Shown one piece after another: positions 45,127-56,742 of a stretch of 64,000 bases of DNA. The stretch is from positions 2,488 through 66,487 of the forward strand of contig LOEX01000107.1 in NCBI GenBank assembly GCA_001516125.1, given 5' to 3'. Position 1 is the stretch's first letter, and every line of letters starts with the position of its first letter. The DNA comes from Sphingomonadales bacterium BRH_c42. GTDB lineage: Bacteria; Pseudomonadota; Alphaproteobacteria; Sphingomonadales; Sphingomonadaceae. The notes beneath the pieces were generated by a model that saw only the letters and a program-made list of their open reading frames with translations, had not been told where the DNA came from and made no database searches. The position numbers were made by a program, and so were the translations under genes.

Positions 45127-47262
45127 ATGGCCGAACGATCTTTTGCCAGGGAGGTTGAAAAGCTGCGCATAGGTGCAGGAGAGTTCTTTCACGGCGAAGG
45201 CATACTCGCTGTCACCAAGGCGTTGCTTCAATCAGGCGTTTCCTATGTCGGCGGCTATCAGGGAGCGCCGATTTCTCACCTGATGGATGTGCTCGCGGAT
45301 GCCGAAGACATCATGGCAGAGCTTGGTGTGCATTTCGAGGCTTCGGCGAGCGAGGCGGCGGCGGCGGCGATGCTGGCTGCATCGGTCAACTATCCGCTGC
45401 GCGGAGCGGTGGCCTGGAAATCGGTCGTCGGCACCAATGTTGCGTCGGACGCGCTATCGAACGTGGCATCAGGCGGGGTCACCGGAGGGGCGCTGATCAT
45501 CGTCGGCGAGGATTACGGCGAAGGCTCGTCGATCATGCAGGAGCGCACCCATGCGTTCGCTATGAAGTCGCAGATCTGGCTGCTCGACCCGCGACCGAAC
45601 CTGGCCTCAATCGTCAATGCGGTGGAGACCGGGTTCGAGCTGTCCGAAGCGTCGAATACGCCGGTCATGCTGCAACTGCGAATCCGCGCTTGTCATGTCT
45701 ATGGCCGGTTTGTCGCACACGACAATGTGCGGCCCGCATACGGGCTTGCCGATGCGATGCAAAAACCTGTGCGTGACACCAATCGCATCGTTCTGCCTCC
45801 GGCAAATTTCCTGCACGAGCATGAGAAAATCGATCGTCGCTGGCCTGCTGCAATCGACTTCATCAAGGCAAGGAAACTCAATGAATTTCTCGGCGGCCAC
45901 ATGGGCGACTCCGGCATTATCGTCCAGGGTGGGCTTTACAACACGCTGATCCGCGCGCTCGAAACGCTGGGCCTTGCCGACAGTTTCGGCGAGACCGATG
46001 TGCCGATCTACGTCCTCAATGTAACCTATCCGTTGATCAGCGACGAGATCGTCGGGTTCTGTGCTGACAAGCGTGCGGTGTTGTTGATCGAAGAGGGACA
46101 GCCCGAATTCATCGAGCATGAGATGAACGCCGTGCTGCGCCGTGCCAATATTGATGCGCGAATCGTCGGCAAATCGCTGCTGTCGCGCGCCGGGGAATAT
46201 ACCGGCCAGCTCGTCAAGGACGGAGTGCTTCGGTTCTTTCGCGAATACGCCCCGTCGCGCGTGGCCGACAGCCAGGTAACGATCGCCGCTGCCCCGAACA
46301 TGCCAACGCTGAACCATGTCGTGCCCGCGCGCCCTGCAGGATTTTGCACCGGTTGCCCCGAACGACCGATCTTCACCGCGATGAAACTCGCCGAAATGGA
46401 CGTCGGCCCCTATCATGTTTCGTGCGATATCGGATGCCACCTGTTCTCGATTCTGCCGCCGTTCAACATCGGCAATACGACGATGGGCTATGGCCTTGGT
46501 ATGGCCGGGGCGTCGGCTTTTCAGGCAAGGGGCTCACAGCGAACCGTCGCGGTAATGGGGGATGGCGGATTCTGGCACAACGGCCTGACGAGCGGCGTCG
46601 GTAATGCGGTCTTCAACGGCAACGACGGCGTGCTCGTGCTGGTGGACAATGGCTATTCGGCAGCGACCGGCGGGCAAGACATCCTCTCATCTCGCGGCAC
46701 CAATTCCAGGCGCAACACGCATCACCCGATGGCTGCGGCGATGCGCGGCGTCGGCGTCGACTGGATCCGCACGGTGCGCAGCTATGACGTTTCAGCACTG
46801 CGGCGCGAGCTTGCGGCGGCAATGACCACCAAGGCGAAGGGGCCGAAGGTAATCATCGCCGAATCGGAGTGCATGCTCAACAAGCAGCGCCGCGAAGCGC
46901 CGTTGACGCGCAACAGGATCGCCAGTGGTGCGCGAGTCGTCAAGGAACGCTTTGGCGTCGATGCCGACACGTGCACCGGCGATCATAGCTGCATCCGCCT
47001 GTCGGGCTGCCCGACGCTGACGATCCGTGACAACCCCGATCCGTTGCGCGAAGACCCCGTCGCGCATGTTCTCGATGATTGTGTGGGCTGCGGCCATTGC
47101 GGAGAGACTGCGCACGCCGCCATTCTTTGCCCATCGTTTTACCGTGCTGATCTCATTTTCAATCCGACCGTGTGGGACCGCCTGAGGGCCAGCGTTCGCC
47201 GCACTGTCATCGGCTTTCTCCAGCGGCGGTCGGACGCCCGTCGCGCGCGCTTCGCATTCTGA
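45127..47262 (+). CDS. iorA: Indolepyruvate ferredoxin oxidoreductase-like alpha subunit
   Basis: GYQGAP, FCTGCPER, DIGCH, ThDP motif GDGGFWHNG, ferredoxin CTGDHSC..LSGCP / CVGCGHC. Confidence 0.9.
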   Translation: MAERSFAREVEKLRIGAGEFFHGEGILAVTKALLQSGVSYVGGYQGAPISHLMDVLADAEDIMAELGVHFEASASEAAAAAMLAASVNYPLRGAVAWKSVVGTNVASDALSNVASGGVTGGALIIVGEDYGEGSSIMQERTHAFAMKSQIWLLDPRPNLASIVNAVETGFELSEASNTPVMLQLRIRACHVYGRFVAHDNVRPAYGLADAMQKPVRDTNRIVLPPANFLHEHEKIDRRWPAAIDFIKARKLNEFLGGHMGDSGIIVQGGLYNTLIRALETLGLADSFGETDVPIYVLNVTYPLISDEIVGFCADKRAVLLIEEGQPEFIEHEMNAVLRRANIDARIVGKSLLSRAGEYTGQLVKDGVLRFFREYAPSRVADSQVTIAAAPNMPTLNHVVPARPAGFCTGCPERPIFTAMKLAEMDVGPYHVSCDIGCHLFSILPPFNIGNTTMGYGLGMAGASAFQARGSQRTVAVMGDGGFWHNGLTSGVGNAVFNGNDGVLVLVDNGYSAATGGQDILSSRGTNSRRNTHHPMAAAMRGVGVDWIRTVRSYDVSALRRELAAAMTTKAKGPKVIIAESECMLNKQRREAPLTRNRIASGARVVKERFGVDADTCTGDHSCIRLSGCPTLTIRDNPDPLREDPVAHVLDDCVGCGHCGETAHAAILCPSFYRADLIFNPTVWDRLRASVRRTVIGFLQRRSDARRARFAF

Positions 47263-48764
47263 TGGTCGAAAATCGCTCGATCAACATCGCTATACTAGCG
47301 ATCGGCGGACAGGGCGGTGGCGTGGTTGCCGAATGGATTGTCCAACTTGCCGAACGTGCCGGATATCTCGCGCAGTACACTTCGGTGCCGGGCGTGGCAC
47401 AGCGCACCGGTGCGACGATCTATTACATCGAACTGTTTCCCGAGGCATTGGCGAAGGCGCGCGGCAAGGAACCGGTGCTTGCACTGATGCCCGTTCCCGG
47501 AGATGTCGACATCGTAATCGCCTCCGAGTTGATGGAGGCCGGTCGCGCCATGCAGCGCGGGCTGGTAACGCCCGACCGGACGACCTTGATCGCTTCGACC
47601 CACCGCATCTATGCGATCAGCGAAAGATCGGCCATGGGTGATGGCCGTAGCAATGGCAGCGAAGTCTTCGCTGCGGGCGAGGCGCGCGCGCGTCGGCTCG
47701 TCTGGCTCGACATGGAAGCAGCGGCGCGGCAGGGCGGCAGCGTCATCAGTGCCGCTATGTTCGGCGCGCTGGCCGGCTCGGGCGCATTGCCGTTTCCACG
47801 CGCCCTGTTCGAAGAGGTGATCCGCGTCGGCGGCCGTGCGGTCGAAGCCAATCTCTCGACATTCGCGATCGCCCATGATGACGCGGTCGGTGCTGTGCAA
47901 CCGCCGGAGTCGGCTCAACCATCGCCGAAACGGCGGGTCGGAGCAGCGGTCGCACCATTGCTGGCCCGGATCGAGACGCTGCCGTTTATCGCGCAAGACA
48001 TGGCGCGCGAGGGCTTGCGCCGGACGGTCGATTATCAGGATATCGCCTATGGAAGGTTGTATCTCGATCGGCTGGCGGCAATCGCCGGTGTAGACCACGC
48101 GTCAGGCGGCGAGCGGTACCGATATGAACTGACGACCGAAATGGCGAGGTATCTGGCGTTGTGGATGAGTTTCGAAGATACGTTTCGCGTTGCCGACCTC
48201 AAGACGCGCAGCACCCGGTTTGCCCGCTTTCGCAACGAGGTAAAGGCAGCGCCCGATCAGATTGTCGGTGTTACTGAATTCATGCACCCGCGCATCGAGG
48301 AGGTCTGCGATTCGCTTCCGGCAGCGGTGGGGCGTGCGATCCTCGGATCTCCACTGTTGAGGCGCGGATTTGGACGCCTGTTTCGGCGCGGTCGCAGGAT
48401 CAGGACAACCAGCCTCGGCGGTTTTCTGCTTCTCTATACACTCGCTGCCGGACGGCGGCTGCGGCGCATGACACTTCGCTATCAGCGCGAATTGGCGGCG
48501 ATCGAGGCATGGCTCGGACGAATTGTCGCGGCAGCGCCCACCCACTATGCGCTCGCGGTCGAGATCGCCATTTGCCAGAAGCTGATCAAGGGCTATGGCG
48601 ATACGCACGCACGCGGTGCGGCAAGCTTTGCACGATTGATGCAGGCGTGCGATCAGCACAAGGCGAGACCGGATTTCGCCGCCACACTTCGCAGTCTGCG
48701 TGATGCCGCGCTTGCCGACGACAGCGGATCCGCGCTCGACAAGGCGATTGCAGATCTCGAATAA
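47262..48764 (+). CDS. iorB: Indolepyruvate oxidoreductase-like beta subunit (long form)
   Basis: AIGGQGGG, SVPGVAQRTGAT, C-terminal helical extension with LIKGYGDT. Confidence 0.88.
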   Translation: MVENRSINIAILAIGGQGGGVVAEWIVQLAERAGYLAQYTSVPGVAQRTGATIYYIELFPEALAKARGKEPVLALMPVPGDVDIVIASELMEAGRAMQRGLVTPDRTTLIASTHRIYAISERSAMGDGRSNGSEVFAAGEARARRLVWLDMEAAARQGGSVISAAMFGALAGSGALPFPRALFEEVIRVGGRAVEANLSTFAIAHDDAVGAVQPPESAQPSPKRRVGAAVAPLLARIETLPFIAQDMAREGLRRTVDYQDIAYGRLYLDRLAAIAGVDHASGGERYRYELTTEMARYLALWMSFEDTFRVADLKTRSTRFARFRNEVKAAPDQIVGVTEFMHPRIEEVCDSLPAAVGRAILGSPLLRRGFGRLFRRGRRIRTTSLGGFLLLYTLAAGRRLRRMTLRYQRELAAIEAWLGRIVAAAPTHYALAVEIAICQKLIKGYGDTHARGAASFARLMQACDQHKARPDFAATLRSLRDAALADDSGSALDKAIADLE

Positions 48765-48765
48765 T

Positions 48766-49155
48766 TCAGTCGGGGATTACCGCAGTGGCTTCGATCTCGA
48801 TCAGCGCCTCGCGCTCGACCAGACCGACAACCTGCACAACCGCCATGGCGGGAAAGTGGCGGCCCATGACCTTGCGATAGACATCGCCCAATTCCCTGGC
48901 TGCGGCCAGATAGGCATCGCGGTCGAGAATATACCAGGTCATCCGCACGATGTGCTCAGGCCCTGCGCCCGCTTCGCCCAGAACCGTCACGATATTGACC
49001 AGGGTCTGATGGAACTGGGCAACGAGGCCATCGGCGAAGACGCCTTCGGCATCCCAGCCAACGAGCCCGCCAAGATAGATCGTTTCGCCGCGCGCTGCGA
49101 CGCCGTTCGAATAGCCCTTGGGTCGTGGCCAGCCTTTGGGTTGCAATATCTTCAC
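48766..49155 (-). CDS. RidA/YjgF family protein
   Basis: LQPKGWPRPKGYSNG, FPAMAVVQV..LVE...IEIEATA. Confidence 0.9.
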   Translation of the reverse strand: MKILQPKGWPRPKGYSNGVAARGETIYLGGLVGWDAEGVFADGLVAQFHQTLVNIVTVLGEAGAGPEHIVRMTWYILDRDAYLAAARELGDVYRKVMGRHFPAMAVVQVVGLVEREALIEIEATAVIPD

Positions 49156-49220
49156 GCCGTTTCCTATTACCGCCCGTCGTCCATGGCAATTAGCTTGACT
49201 TGCCATTCGATTGAACCGAT

Positions 49221-49236
49221 ATTTCAAACTTAAAAT
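49221..49236. promoter_or_regulatory. Palindromic operator between divergent RidA and flavin oxidoreductase genes
   Basis: ATTTCAAACTTAAAAT. Confidence 0.7.
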
Positions 49237-49259
49237 GAAGTCCAGAATTACCTTGCGCA

Positions 49260-50714
49260 ATGTATAAGCCGCCCGCCCGGATCCATTACTCGCCCCGGTC
49301 GGGCTCCTGGCCGGACGCGGACGCAGCGGCTGAGTCCCGGTTGTTCTCGCCGGTCGCCGTCGGGCCGCTGTGGCTGGCGAGCCGCACTTGGGTGCCCGCG
49401 ATGGTGCCGTGGCGCGCCACCGGCGACGGGTTCGTCAACCAGGATGTCATCGATTGGTATGCACGGTTCGCGCGCGGCAGACCCGGGGCGATCGTGGTCG
49501 AGGCGACCGGAATCCGCGATGTGCCAAGCGGTCCGCTGCTTCGCATCGGAGACGACCGCTTCGTGCCGGGGCTGACGCGGCTTGTCGATGCCGTACGGGC
49601 GGCGAGCGATGGCGAAACCCGGCTGTTCATCCAGCTCATTGATTTCCTCGCGATTCGACGGCGTCCGCAGCGCGATGTCTTTCTGAGAAGGTTCCTGGTG
49701 CTCGACGACCGGCACCGCGCCGCCATCGGCGGCGACCTTGACGATGCCGCTGTACGCGAAGCACTGGTTGCGATGCCGGACGAAGAGCTGCGCGGCATTC
49801 TCACCGCGCGCGAACGTGAATCACTCGACCTTGGCTTTCGCGAGCGCGTTTCCGATATGGAACAGCCGCAAATCGCCGATTTGCCGACACGGCTGCCAAG
49901 GCTTTTCGCGGACGCAGCTGGGCGCGCGCAGCTGGCCGGTTTCGACGGCGTCGAACTGCATTATGCCCACGCTTATACGATGGCATCATTCCTTTCGGCG
50001 CTCAATGATCGCGGCGACGGCTATGGCGGTGTGCGCGAGAACCGGGTTCGTCTGCCGCTCGAGGTTTATGCCGAGGTTCGCCGCCGTGTCGGCACCGACT
50101 TCGCGGTCGGTTGCCGCCTGCTCGCCGACGAGTGTATCGAGGGTGGCAGCGGCGTTGACGATGCGATGTGGTTTGCGACCGAGCTTGCGCGCGCGGGGAT
50201 GGACTTCATTTCGCTGTCGCGCGGCGGCAAGTTCGAAGATGCCATGCAGCCGCGTGTCGGCGAAGCGGCCTACCCTTATACTGGCCCAAGCGGCTATGAG
50301 TGCATGCCTCAGCATATTTCCGACGCGCAGGGTCCGTTCGGGCGCAATCTCGGACCATGCGCGCGGATCAGGGCGGCGCTACGGGAAAATGGCCTGCCGA
50401 CCCCGATCGTGGCGGTGGGTGGCATTCACGGCTTTGCCATGGCCGAACGCATCCTTGCCGATGGCCAGGCCGACATCATCGGCGCGGCGCGGCAATCGCT
50501 CGCCGATCCCGACTGGTTCCTCAAGATTCGCAGCGGGAAGGGAGCGGCTGTGCGGCAGTGCACCTTCAACAATTATTGTGAAGGGCTCGACCAGCGGCAC
50601 AAGCAGGTGACCTGCAAGCTTTGGGACCGGCTCGACATCGGCGAGCTGACGCGGGGGTTATCAAGCGACGGCAGGAGGCGGCTCACTGCACCTGAGTGGC
50701 TAGATGCCGAATGA
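49260..50714 (+). CDS. NADH:flavin oxidoreductase (Old Yellow Enzyme family)
   Basis: GFDGVELHYAHAY, D.YGG..ENR.R, ARQSLADPDW, C-terminal C..NNYC...C. Confidence 0.9.
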   Translation: MYKPPARIHYSPRSGSWPDADAAAESRLFSPVAVGPLWLASRTWVPAMVPWRATGDGFVNQDVIDWYARFARGRPGAIVVEATGIRDVPSGPLLRIGDDRFVPGLTRLVDAVRAASDGETRLFIQLIDFLAIRRRPQRDVFLRRFLVLDDRHRAAIGGDLDDAAVREALVAMPDEELRGILTARERESLDLGFRERVSDMEQPQIADLPTRLPRLFADAAGRAQLAGFDGVELHYAHAYTMASFLSALNDRGDGYGGVRENRVRLPLEVYAEVRRRVGTDFAVGCRLLADECIEGGSGVDDAMWFATELARAGMDFISLSRGGKFEDAMQPRVGEAAYPYTGPSGYECMPQHISDAQGPFGRNLGPCARIRAALRENGLPTPIVAVGGIHGFAMAERILADGQADIIGAARQSLADPDWFLKIRSGKGAAVRQCTFNNYCEGLDQRHKQVTCKLWDRLDIGELTRGLSSDGRRRLTAPEWLDAE

Positions 50715-50720
50715 AGCGCA

Positions 50721-51137
50721 TCAGCCGCCAGTTAAATAACGCTCCATGCGCGGTCGCAAATCGTCGGGGATCGGCAGTGATTTCATCGCCTTGGCATCAG
50801 TGAACAGCAGTGTCTGCGCGCAGCGCAGCCGCTCTTCGCCGTGACAGGTGCCGACATGCCTGAGATCGAACGAGCTCGTACCCATTCGCTCGACGGTCAG
50901 GAAAAAGGTCAGGCGTTCGCCCATGGCGCTGCGCGCGACAAAATCGACATCGAAATGCACCGTCGGCGTTGCCAGATTGCGATGGAACAGCATGCCCGAA
51001 AAACTGACTCCCACCGCATCCTCGAACCAGTCCTCGACTATGCCGTTGATCATCTCGAAATATCGCGGGTAGAAGACAATCCCGCCGGGGTCACAGTGCG
51101 CGAACCTCACGAGAATCTCGCGCTGATAGGCGCTCAT
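50721..51137 (-). CDS. Acyl-CoA thioesterase (4HBT family)
   Basis: [19 protein letters not shown]. Confidence 0.9.
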   Translation of the reverse strand: MSAYQREILVRFAHCDPGGIVFYPRYFEMINGIVEDWFEDAVGVSFSGMLFHRNLATPTVHFDVDFVARSAMGERLTFFLTVERMGTSSFDLRHVGTCHGEERLRCAQTLLFTDAKAMKSLPIPDDLRPRMERYLTGG

Positions 51138-52312
51138 GACGCAGGCTCAACATTTGCCAGCAATTGCCGCGCAATCACCAGCTTCTGGACTTCGGACGCG
51201 CCTTCGTAAATGCGCAGCGCGCGGATCTCACGGTACAATTCCTCGACCGGAACACCGCTGACGACCCCAAGGCCGCCGAACAATTGTACTGCCTTGTCGA
51301 TGACAGTCTGCGCGCGGTCGGTGGCAAACAGCTTGGCCATCGCCGCCTCGCGCGTGACGCGGCCTTGCCTCACGTCCTTCGTCCACGCGGCGCGATAGAT
51401 CAGTAGCGCGGCGGCATCGACATCGAGCGCCATTTCGGCAAGCTGCGTCTGCGCGATCGGTTGATCGGCGAGCGTTGCGCCGAACATCTGGCGTGTCTGT
51501 GCACGACCTACCGCCTCGTCAAGCGCACGGCGCGCGAAGCCAAGCGCAGCAGCACCGACGGTCGAGCGGAAGATATCGAGCGTCGCCATCGCCTGCCCGA
51601 AGCCCGCGCCGGCCACACCGACCAGTTGGCTCTTGGGCACCTTGACAGCGTCGAAACCGAGCGTTGCGAGCGGGTGCGGTGCCATCACCTCGATCCGCTC
51701 GGTGATCTCGAAGCCCGGTGTATCGGCGTCGATGACAATCGCGCTGAGGCCACGCGCGCCAGGTGCCTCGCCGGTGCGCACGAAGGTCACATAGAAATCG
51801 GCAATGCCGCCGTTTGAAATGAAAGTCTTGGCACCGTTGACGATATAATGGTCACCCATGTCGACGGCGCTCGAAGTTGTCGCAGCGACATCCGAACCCG
51901 AATCAAGTTCAGTCAGCGCGAAAGCGGCAATGAGCGATCCGTCCGCCACGCCCGGCAGGTATTTGCGTTTGAGCTTTTCGCTGCCGAACAGGCCGATCGC
52001 ACCGCTGCCCAGGCCCTGCATGGCGAACACGAAATCGGCCAGCCCGCAGTAGCGCGCCAGTGTTTCGCGGATCAGGCATAGCGAACGCACGTCGAGCTGT
52101 TCGTTTACGCCGCCATACGCCGCAGGCACTGCATATCGCAGCCAGCCGCCGTCGGCGAGCGTTGCAAGGATCGCCTTGCACGCCATATCGACCTCGCCAT
52201 GCTGCGAGGAGAACGGAGCGATGCGTTGTGCGGCGAAGGCTTCGAGCGAAGTGGCGAGATCGCGGTGCCGGTCCTCGAGGAACGGCCAGTCGAGAAAGCT
52301 GCGGTCGCTCAA
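51134..52312 (-). CDS. Acyl-CoA dehydrogenase (abm-cluster type)
   Basis: [33 protein letters not shown]; TTG start. Confidence 0.92.
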   Translation of the reverse strand: MSDRSFLDWPFLEDRHRDLATSLEAFAAQRIAPFSSQHGEVDMACKAILATLADGGWLRYAVPAAYGGVNEQLDVRSLCLIRETLARYCGLADFVFAMQGLGSGAIGLFGSEKLKRKYLPGVADGSLIAAFALTELDSGSDVAATTSSAVDMGDHYIVNGAKTFISNGGIADFYVTFVRTGEAPGARGLSAIVIDADTPGFEITERIEVMAPHPLATLGFDAVKVPKSQLVGVAGAGFGQAMATLDIFRSTVGAAALGFARRALDEAVGRAQTRQMFGATLADQPIAQTQLAEMALDVDAAALLIYRAAWTKDVRQGRVTREAAMAKLFATDRAQTVIDKAVQLFGGLGVVSGVPVEELYREIRALRIYEGASEVQKLVIARQLLANVEPAS

Positions 52313-52313
52313 G

Positions 52314-53123
52314 TCAGTTGCCCTCGAACACCGGTTTTTCCTTGGCGACGAAGGCTCGGTATGCTCGCTCGAAATCCCTGGTCTGCATGCAGATCGCCTG
52401 CGCTTGCGCTTCGGCCTCGATCGCGGCGTCAAGGCTCATGTCCCATTCGGCATGAAGCTGGTTCTTGGTCATTCCATTGGCGAACGACGGGCCTGCCGCG
52501 AGCCGGTCGGCCCAATCGCGTGTTTCTGCGGCAAGTCCCGATGCAGCGACAATCTTGTTGAAATAGCCCCAGCGCTCGCCTTCCTCGGCGGTCATCACAC
52601 GGCCAAGGAACAGTAGTTCCGAAGCCCGTCCCTGACCGATGATTCGCGGCAGCATGGCGCATGCACCCATGTCACATCCGGCCAGCCCGACACGGTTGAA
52701 CAGGAACGCTGTCTTTGCCTCAGGGGTTGCGATGCGGATGTCCGAGGCCATCGAAATGATCGCGCCGGCACCGGCGCACACGCCATCGACAGCGGCGATG
52801 ATCGGCTGCGGGCAATGCCGCATGGCTTTGACCAGATCGCCGGTCATGCGGGTGAATTCCAGCAGGCCGATCATGTTCATGCCGACCAGCGGGCCGATGA
52901 TTTCATGGACGTCACCGCCCGAACAGAAATTCCCGCCTGCGCCCGAAATGATGATCGCCTTGACCTTCGGCAGTGTGCACAGCGCGCGAAACAGATCGCG
53001 CAGTTCGGCGTAGGAATCGAAGGTCAGCGGGTTTTTGCGCTCGGGCCGGTTGAGAGTGATCTCCCCGACGCCGCCATCGTAGTGCCAGAGGAAATGGGTT
53101 GGCTGGTAGTTTTGCGGGTTCAT
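52314..53123 (-). CDS. Enoyl-CoA hydratase (abm-cluster type)
   Basis: [28 protein letters not shown]. Confidence 0.92.
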   Translation of the reverse strand: MNPQNYQPTHFLWHYDGGVGEITLNRPERKNPLTFDSYAELRDLFRALCTLPKVKAIIISGAGGNFCSGGDVHEIIGPLVGMNMIGLLEFTRMTGDLVKAMRHCPQPIIAAVDGVCAGAGAIISMASDIRIATPEAKTAFLFNRVGLAGCDMGACAMLPRIIGQGRASELLFLGRVMTAEEGERWGYFNKIVAASGLAAETRDWADRLAAGPSFANGMTKNQLHAEWDMSLDAAIEAEAQAQAICMQTRDFERAYRAFVAKEKPVFEGN

Positions 53124-53626
53124 GGCGCGTCGATGCTTTCCATTCGGTCGTGGACATCGTGATAAAGCTGGGTGACCAGGGTCAGTAAGGTCTTCATGTC
53201 CCGGTCGGATACGCTCTCGAACATCTCGTCGACCCATAGCTCATGATGCGCCGCCATCGCCGCGAATGCTTTGCGACCCTTTGCGGTCAGACTGACATAG
53301 AGCGTGCGGCGATCATCGGGATCGGCGTTGCGCTCGACCAGCCCGCCCTCGACTAGTCGGCTGACCAATCCTGTCACATTGCCGTTCGAAACCAGCAGCC
53401 GGTCCGAAAGCCGGCTCATGGTCACCGGCCCGGATTCGCGATCTAGCGCGGCGAGTACGTCGAAACGTGGCAACGTCGTATTGCAGCCAGCCTTCAGCCT
53501 CGAACGCAGCGTCTTTTCAATGATTGTCGTCGTTCCGAGCATGCGCAGCCACAACCTCAAGGACTGTTTTGCATGCGGCGATGCGGTATCTGCCGCGTAC
53601 AGGCGCGGTTTTGCCTTCGACTTCAC
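53120..53626 (-). CDS. MarR family transcriptional regulator
   Basis: [28 protein letters not shown]. Confidence 0.92.
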   Translation of the reverse strand: MKSKAKPRLYAADTASPHAKQSLRLWLRMLGTTTIIEKTLRSRLKAGCNTTLPRFDVLAALDRESGPVTMSRLSDRLLVSNGNVTGLVSRLVEGGLVERNADPDDRRTLYVSLTAKGRKAFAAMAAHHELWVDEMFESVSDRDMKTLLTLVTQLYHDVHDRMESIDAP

Positions 53627-54384
53627 ATGACCTCTCCACCGGCAATCGCGATCGATTGACCATTTACAGACGCCGATAGCGGATCACAAAGCCAAAACAC
53701 AGCGGCGGCGACTTCGTCGGGGTCGATCAGCCGGTTTTGCGGGTTTTCCTTGATGAAAGCGGCAAGCGCCTCCTCCCGTGTCATGCCGGTCTTGCGCATC
53801 ACTATGTCGAGCGACCGCTCCAGCAGGCCGGTGTCGGTAAACCCCGGGCAGACGGCGTTCGCTGTCGCGCGCGTTCCCGCAATTTCGAGCGCCAGCGAGC
53901 GGGTCAGACCAATGACGCCGTGTTTTGCCGCAGCATAGGCAGATGTGTAGGCATAGCCCTTCAGCCCTGCTGTGCTCGCGACGTTGATGATCCGGCCGTT
54001 GGGTGCGGAGATGATCGATGCAAGCAAGGCGCGACTGCACAGGAATGTGCCAGTCAGATTAAGCGCGATCATGCGCTGCCACAGGTCGAGCGATGTTTTG
54101 GCGAGCGGTGCAGTTTCTGCCCCACCGGCATTGTTGACAAGAATGGACACCGGGGCACGCGCAGTCGCCGACTCCATGGCAATGGCCACCGAGGCTTCAT
54201 CGGTAATGTCGAGGTGCACCGCCTGAGCGTCGGGGAACGTCGCGCAAAGTGAGCGCAGCCTGTCGACATCGCGCGCCGCCAGGGTCAGTTTTGCCCCTTC
54301 GGCGGCGAGCCGCCGCGCGATTGCCGCACCGATTCCCGTGCCGCCACCAGTAATGACGACGTGTTGACCAGCAAGGTGGCTCAT
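53623..54384 (-). CDS. SDR dehydrogenase (3-hydroxyacyl-CoA dehydrogenase-like)
   Basis: [17 protein letters not shown]. Confidence 0.92.
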   Translation of the reverse strand: MSHLAGQHVVITGGGTGIGAAIARRLAAEGAKLTLAARDVDRLRSLCATFPDAQAVHLDITDEASVAIAMESATARAPVSILVNNAGGAETAPLAKTSLDLWQRMIALNLTGTFLCSRALLASIISAPNGRIINVASTAGLKGYAYTSAYAAAKHGVIGLTRSLALEIAGTRATANAVCPGFTDTGLLERSLDIVMRKTGMTREEALAAFIKENPQNRLIDPDEVAAAVFWLCDPLSASVNGQSIAIAGGEVM

Positions 54385-56684
54385 GCGCTGCCTGCCTTAG
54401 CCTGCATTGCGGCGGCACGGGTAGCGACGCGCTCGTGCTGCTCAAAGCCGTTGAGGTAGGGCATTGGTATGCTGACTCCGTGATAGGCCTGCTCGGCGGC
54501 GGCGCGCAGTGTCCAATGCGGATCAATGAGGTGCGGCCGTGCCAGCGCACAGAGGTCGGCGCGGCCCGAAGCGATGATGCCGTTGACGTGATCGACTTCG
54601 TAAATGTTGCCGACTGCCACCGTCGAAACTCCGATCTCGTTGCGGATGAGATCTGAAAACGGCGTTTGGAACATGCGGCCATAAACAGGTTTTGCGTGGG
54701 TGCTGGTCTGACCCGCCGAAACATCGATCAGGTCGACACCGGCGTCGCGAAAGGCGCGCGCGATAGCAACCGCGCATTCGGGAGTCACACCGTCCTCTCC
54801 AACCCAGTCGGTTGCCGATATGCGCACCGACATTGGCTTGTCGTCAGGCCACACCGCCCGCATCGCGGCGAAGACTTCGAGTGGGAAGCGCAGCCGGTTT
54901 TCAAGGCTGCCTCCGTATTCGTCGGTGCGCCTGTTCTGCAATGGTGTGATAAAGCCCGACAAAAGATAGCCGTGCGCGGCATGCAATTCGATCATGTCGA
55001 AGCCCGCGGCAAGACCTCGCAATGTGGCGGCGACGAAATCCTTGCGCACTTTGTCCATGTCGGCCCGCGTCATCGGGCGTGGGGTCTGGTTGTCCGCAGA
55101 CCAGGCGATGTCGGATGCAGCCATGACCGGCCAGTTTCCGGCCTCGAGCGGAGTATCCATGCCTTCCCAGCCGATACGCGTCGAACCCTTGGCACCGCTG
55201 TGGCCGAGTTGAAGGCAGAACCTCGCCGACGATTCGGCGTGCACATAATCGACGATGCGACGCCACGCTGCCTGCTGCGCGTCAGTATAGAGCCCTGCGC
55301 AGCCGGGCGTGATGCGGCCTTCGGGTGAAACACAGGTCATCTCGGTAAAGACCAGCCCGGCACCGCCCATGGCGCGGGCGCCATAATGGACGAAGTGAAA
55401 ATCGCCGGGCACGCCATCGACCGCCCGATAGGTTGCCATCGGTGAGACGATGACACGGTTGGCGAGGGTGAGGCCGCGCAGGCGCTTTGGCGTGAACATC
55501 GGCGGCATTGGCTCGTCGACGGGGTGGCCGAGCGCCTCGCCGGCGAACCATTTTTCCATCTCGCCGAGCCAGCGCGGATCGCGGACGCGAAGGTTCTCGT
55601 GGCTGACGCGCTGGCTTCGCGTCAGCAGCGCATAGGTGAATTGCAGCGGCGGCAGCGGCAGATAGCGATCCACCTCCTCGAACCACTGCGTCGAATTCTT
55701 CGCTGCGCTCTGCAATTTGACCACTTCGAGCGAGCGCTCCTGCTGATACTGTTCAAGCCCTTCGGCAAGCGGCAGGTTACGGTCATTGAGCACTTCGGCA
55801 AGCTTGATCGCGTCCTCGAACGCCAGCTTGGTACCCGAGCCGATCGAAAAATGCGCGGTATGCGCCGCATCGCCGAGCAGGATGATTTTGCCATCATACC
55901 AGCGTTCGCAGGTCACCCGCGGAAAATGTATCCATGCGGAGCCGCGGATGTGGCCTGCATTGGTCAGCAGCTTCTGGCCGTCGAGATGGCGGGCAAAGAT
56001 GCGCTCGCAGGCCCGGCAGGTTTCTTCCTGGCTCATCCCACCAAAGCCGAATGCCTCAAAGGTTTCGGGCGCGCACTCGACGATGAACGTCGAAGTTTTG
56101 GCATCGAAGCGGTAGGCATGCGCCCAGATCCAGCCGTGCTCGGTTTTTTCGAAAATGAAGTTGAATGCGTCGAACATCCTGCGCGTTCCCAGCCAGACGA
56201 ACGCATTGCGGCGGACGTCGATATCGACACCGAAGCGTTCGGCGCGCGCGGTCCGGACTTGGCTGTTCAATCCATCGGATGCGATGATCAGATCGTAACC
56301 TTCGAATCCGGCAAGATCGGGGTCGATCTCGACCTCGAAGTGCTGGACCACGCCAAGTTCGCTTGCGCGATCCTGCAATATGTTGAGCAGGCGCTTGCGC
56401 CCGAGGCCGATGAATCCGTGGCCAGTGGTCGATGTCATGCGATCGCCGACACGGACTTCGATGTCTTCCCAGTGGGTCAACTCATCCTGCATGGTCTTGG
56501 CGCTGACCGGGTCGCCGAGACGCAGGTTTTCCATCGTCTGATCGGAAAAGACCACACCCCAGCCGAAGGTATCGCTGGGACGATTACGCTCGAACACCTC
56601 GATTTCGGTGCGCGGATCGCGCAGCTTCATCAGAATCGCGAAATAGAGGCCGGCTGGTCCGCCGCCAATGCAGGCAATTTTCAC
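54381..56684 (-). CDS. abmA: 2-aminobenzoyl-CoA (anthraniloyl-CoA) monooxygenase/reductase
   Basis: N-terminal FAD monooxygenase ([33 protein letters not shown]) fused to an OYE domain (HAAHGYL); abm-type gene neighbourhood. Confidence 0.9.
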   Translation of the reverse strand: MKIACIGGGPAGLYFAILMKLRDPRTEIEVFERNRPSDTFGWGVVFSDQTMENLRLGDPVSAKTMQDELTHWEDIEVRVGDRMTSTTGHGFIGLGRKRLLNILQDRASELGVVQHFEVEIDPDLAGFEGYDLIIASDGLNSQVRTARAERFGVDIDVRRNAFVWLGTRRMFDAFNFIFEKTEHGWIWAHAYRFDAKTSTFIVECAPETFEAFGFGGMSQEETCRACERIFARHLDGQKLLTNAGHIRGSAWIHFPRVTCERWYDGKIILLGDAAHTAHFSIGSGTKLAFEDAIKLAEVLNDRNLPLAEGLEQYQQERSLEVVKLQSAAKNSTQWFEEVDRYLPLPPLQFTYALLTRSQRVSHENLRVRDPRWLGEMEKWFAGEALGHPVDEPMPPMFTPKRLRGLTLANRVIVSPMATYRAVDGVPGDFHFVHYGARAMGGAGLVFTEMTCVSPEGRITPGCAGLYTDAQQAAWRRIVDYVHAESSARFCLQLGHSGAKGSTRIGWEGMDTPLEAGNWPVMAASDIAWSADNQTPRPMTRADMDKVRKDFVAATLRGLAAGFDMIELHAAHGYLLSGFITPLQNRRTDEYGGSLENRLRFPLEVFAAMRAVWPDDKPMSVRISATDWVGEDGVTPECAVAIARAFRDAGVDLIDVSAGQTSTHAKPVYGRMFQTPFSDLIRNEIGVSTVAVGNIYEVDHVNGIIASGRADLCALARPHLIDPHWTLRAAAEQAYHGVSIPMPYLNGFEQHERVATRAAAMQAKAGSA

Positions 56685-56716
56685 ACTGACTCCATGAGTT
56701 GAAGGATCACGATTTT

Positions 56717-56732
56717 ATTTTAATCTTAAACT
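56717..56732. promoter_or_regulatory. Palindromic operator upstream of abmA
   Basis: ATTTTAATCTTAAACT. Confidence 0.72.
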
Positions 56733-56742
56733 ATCATTTGCG

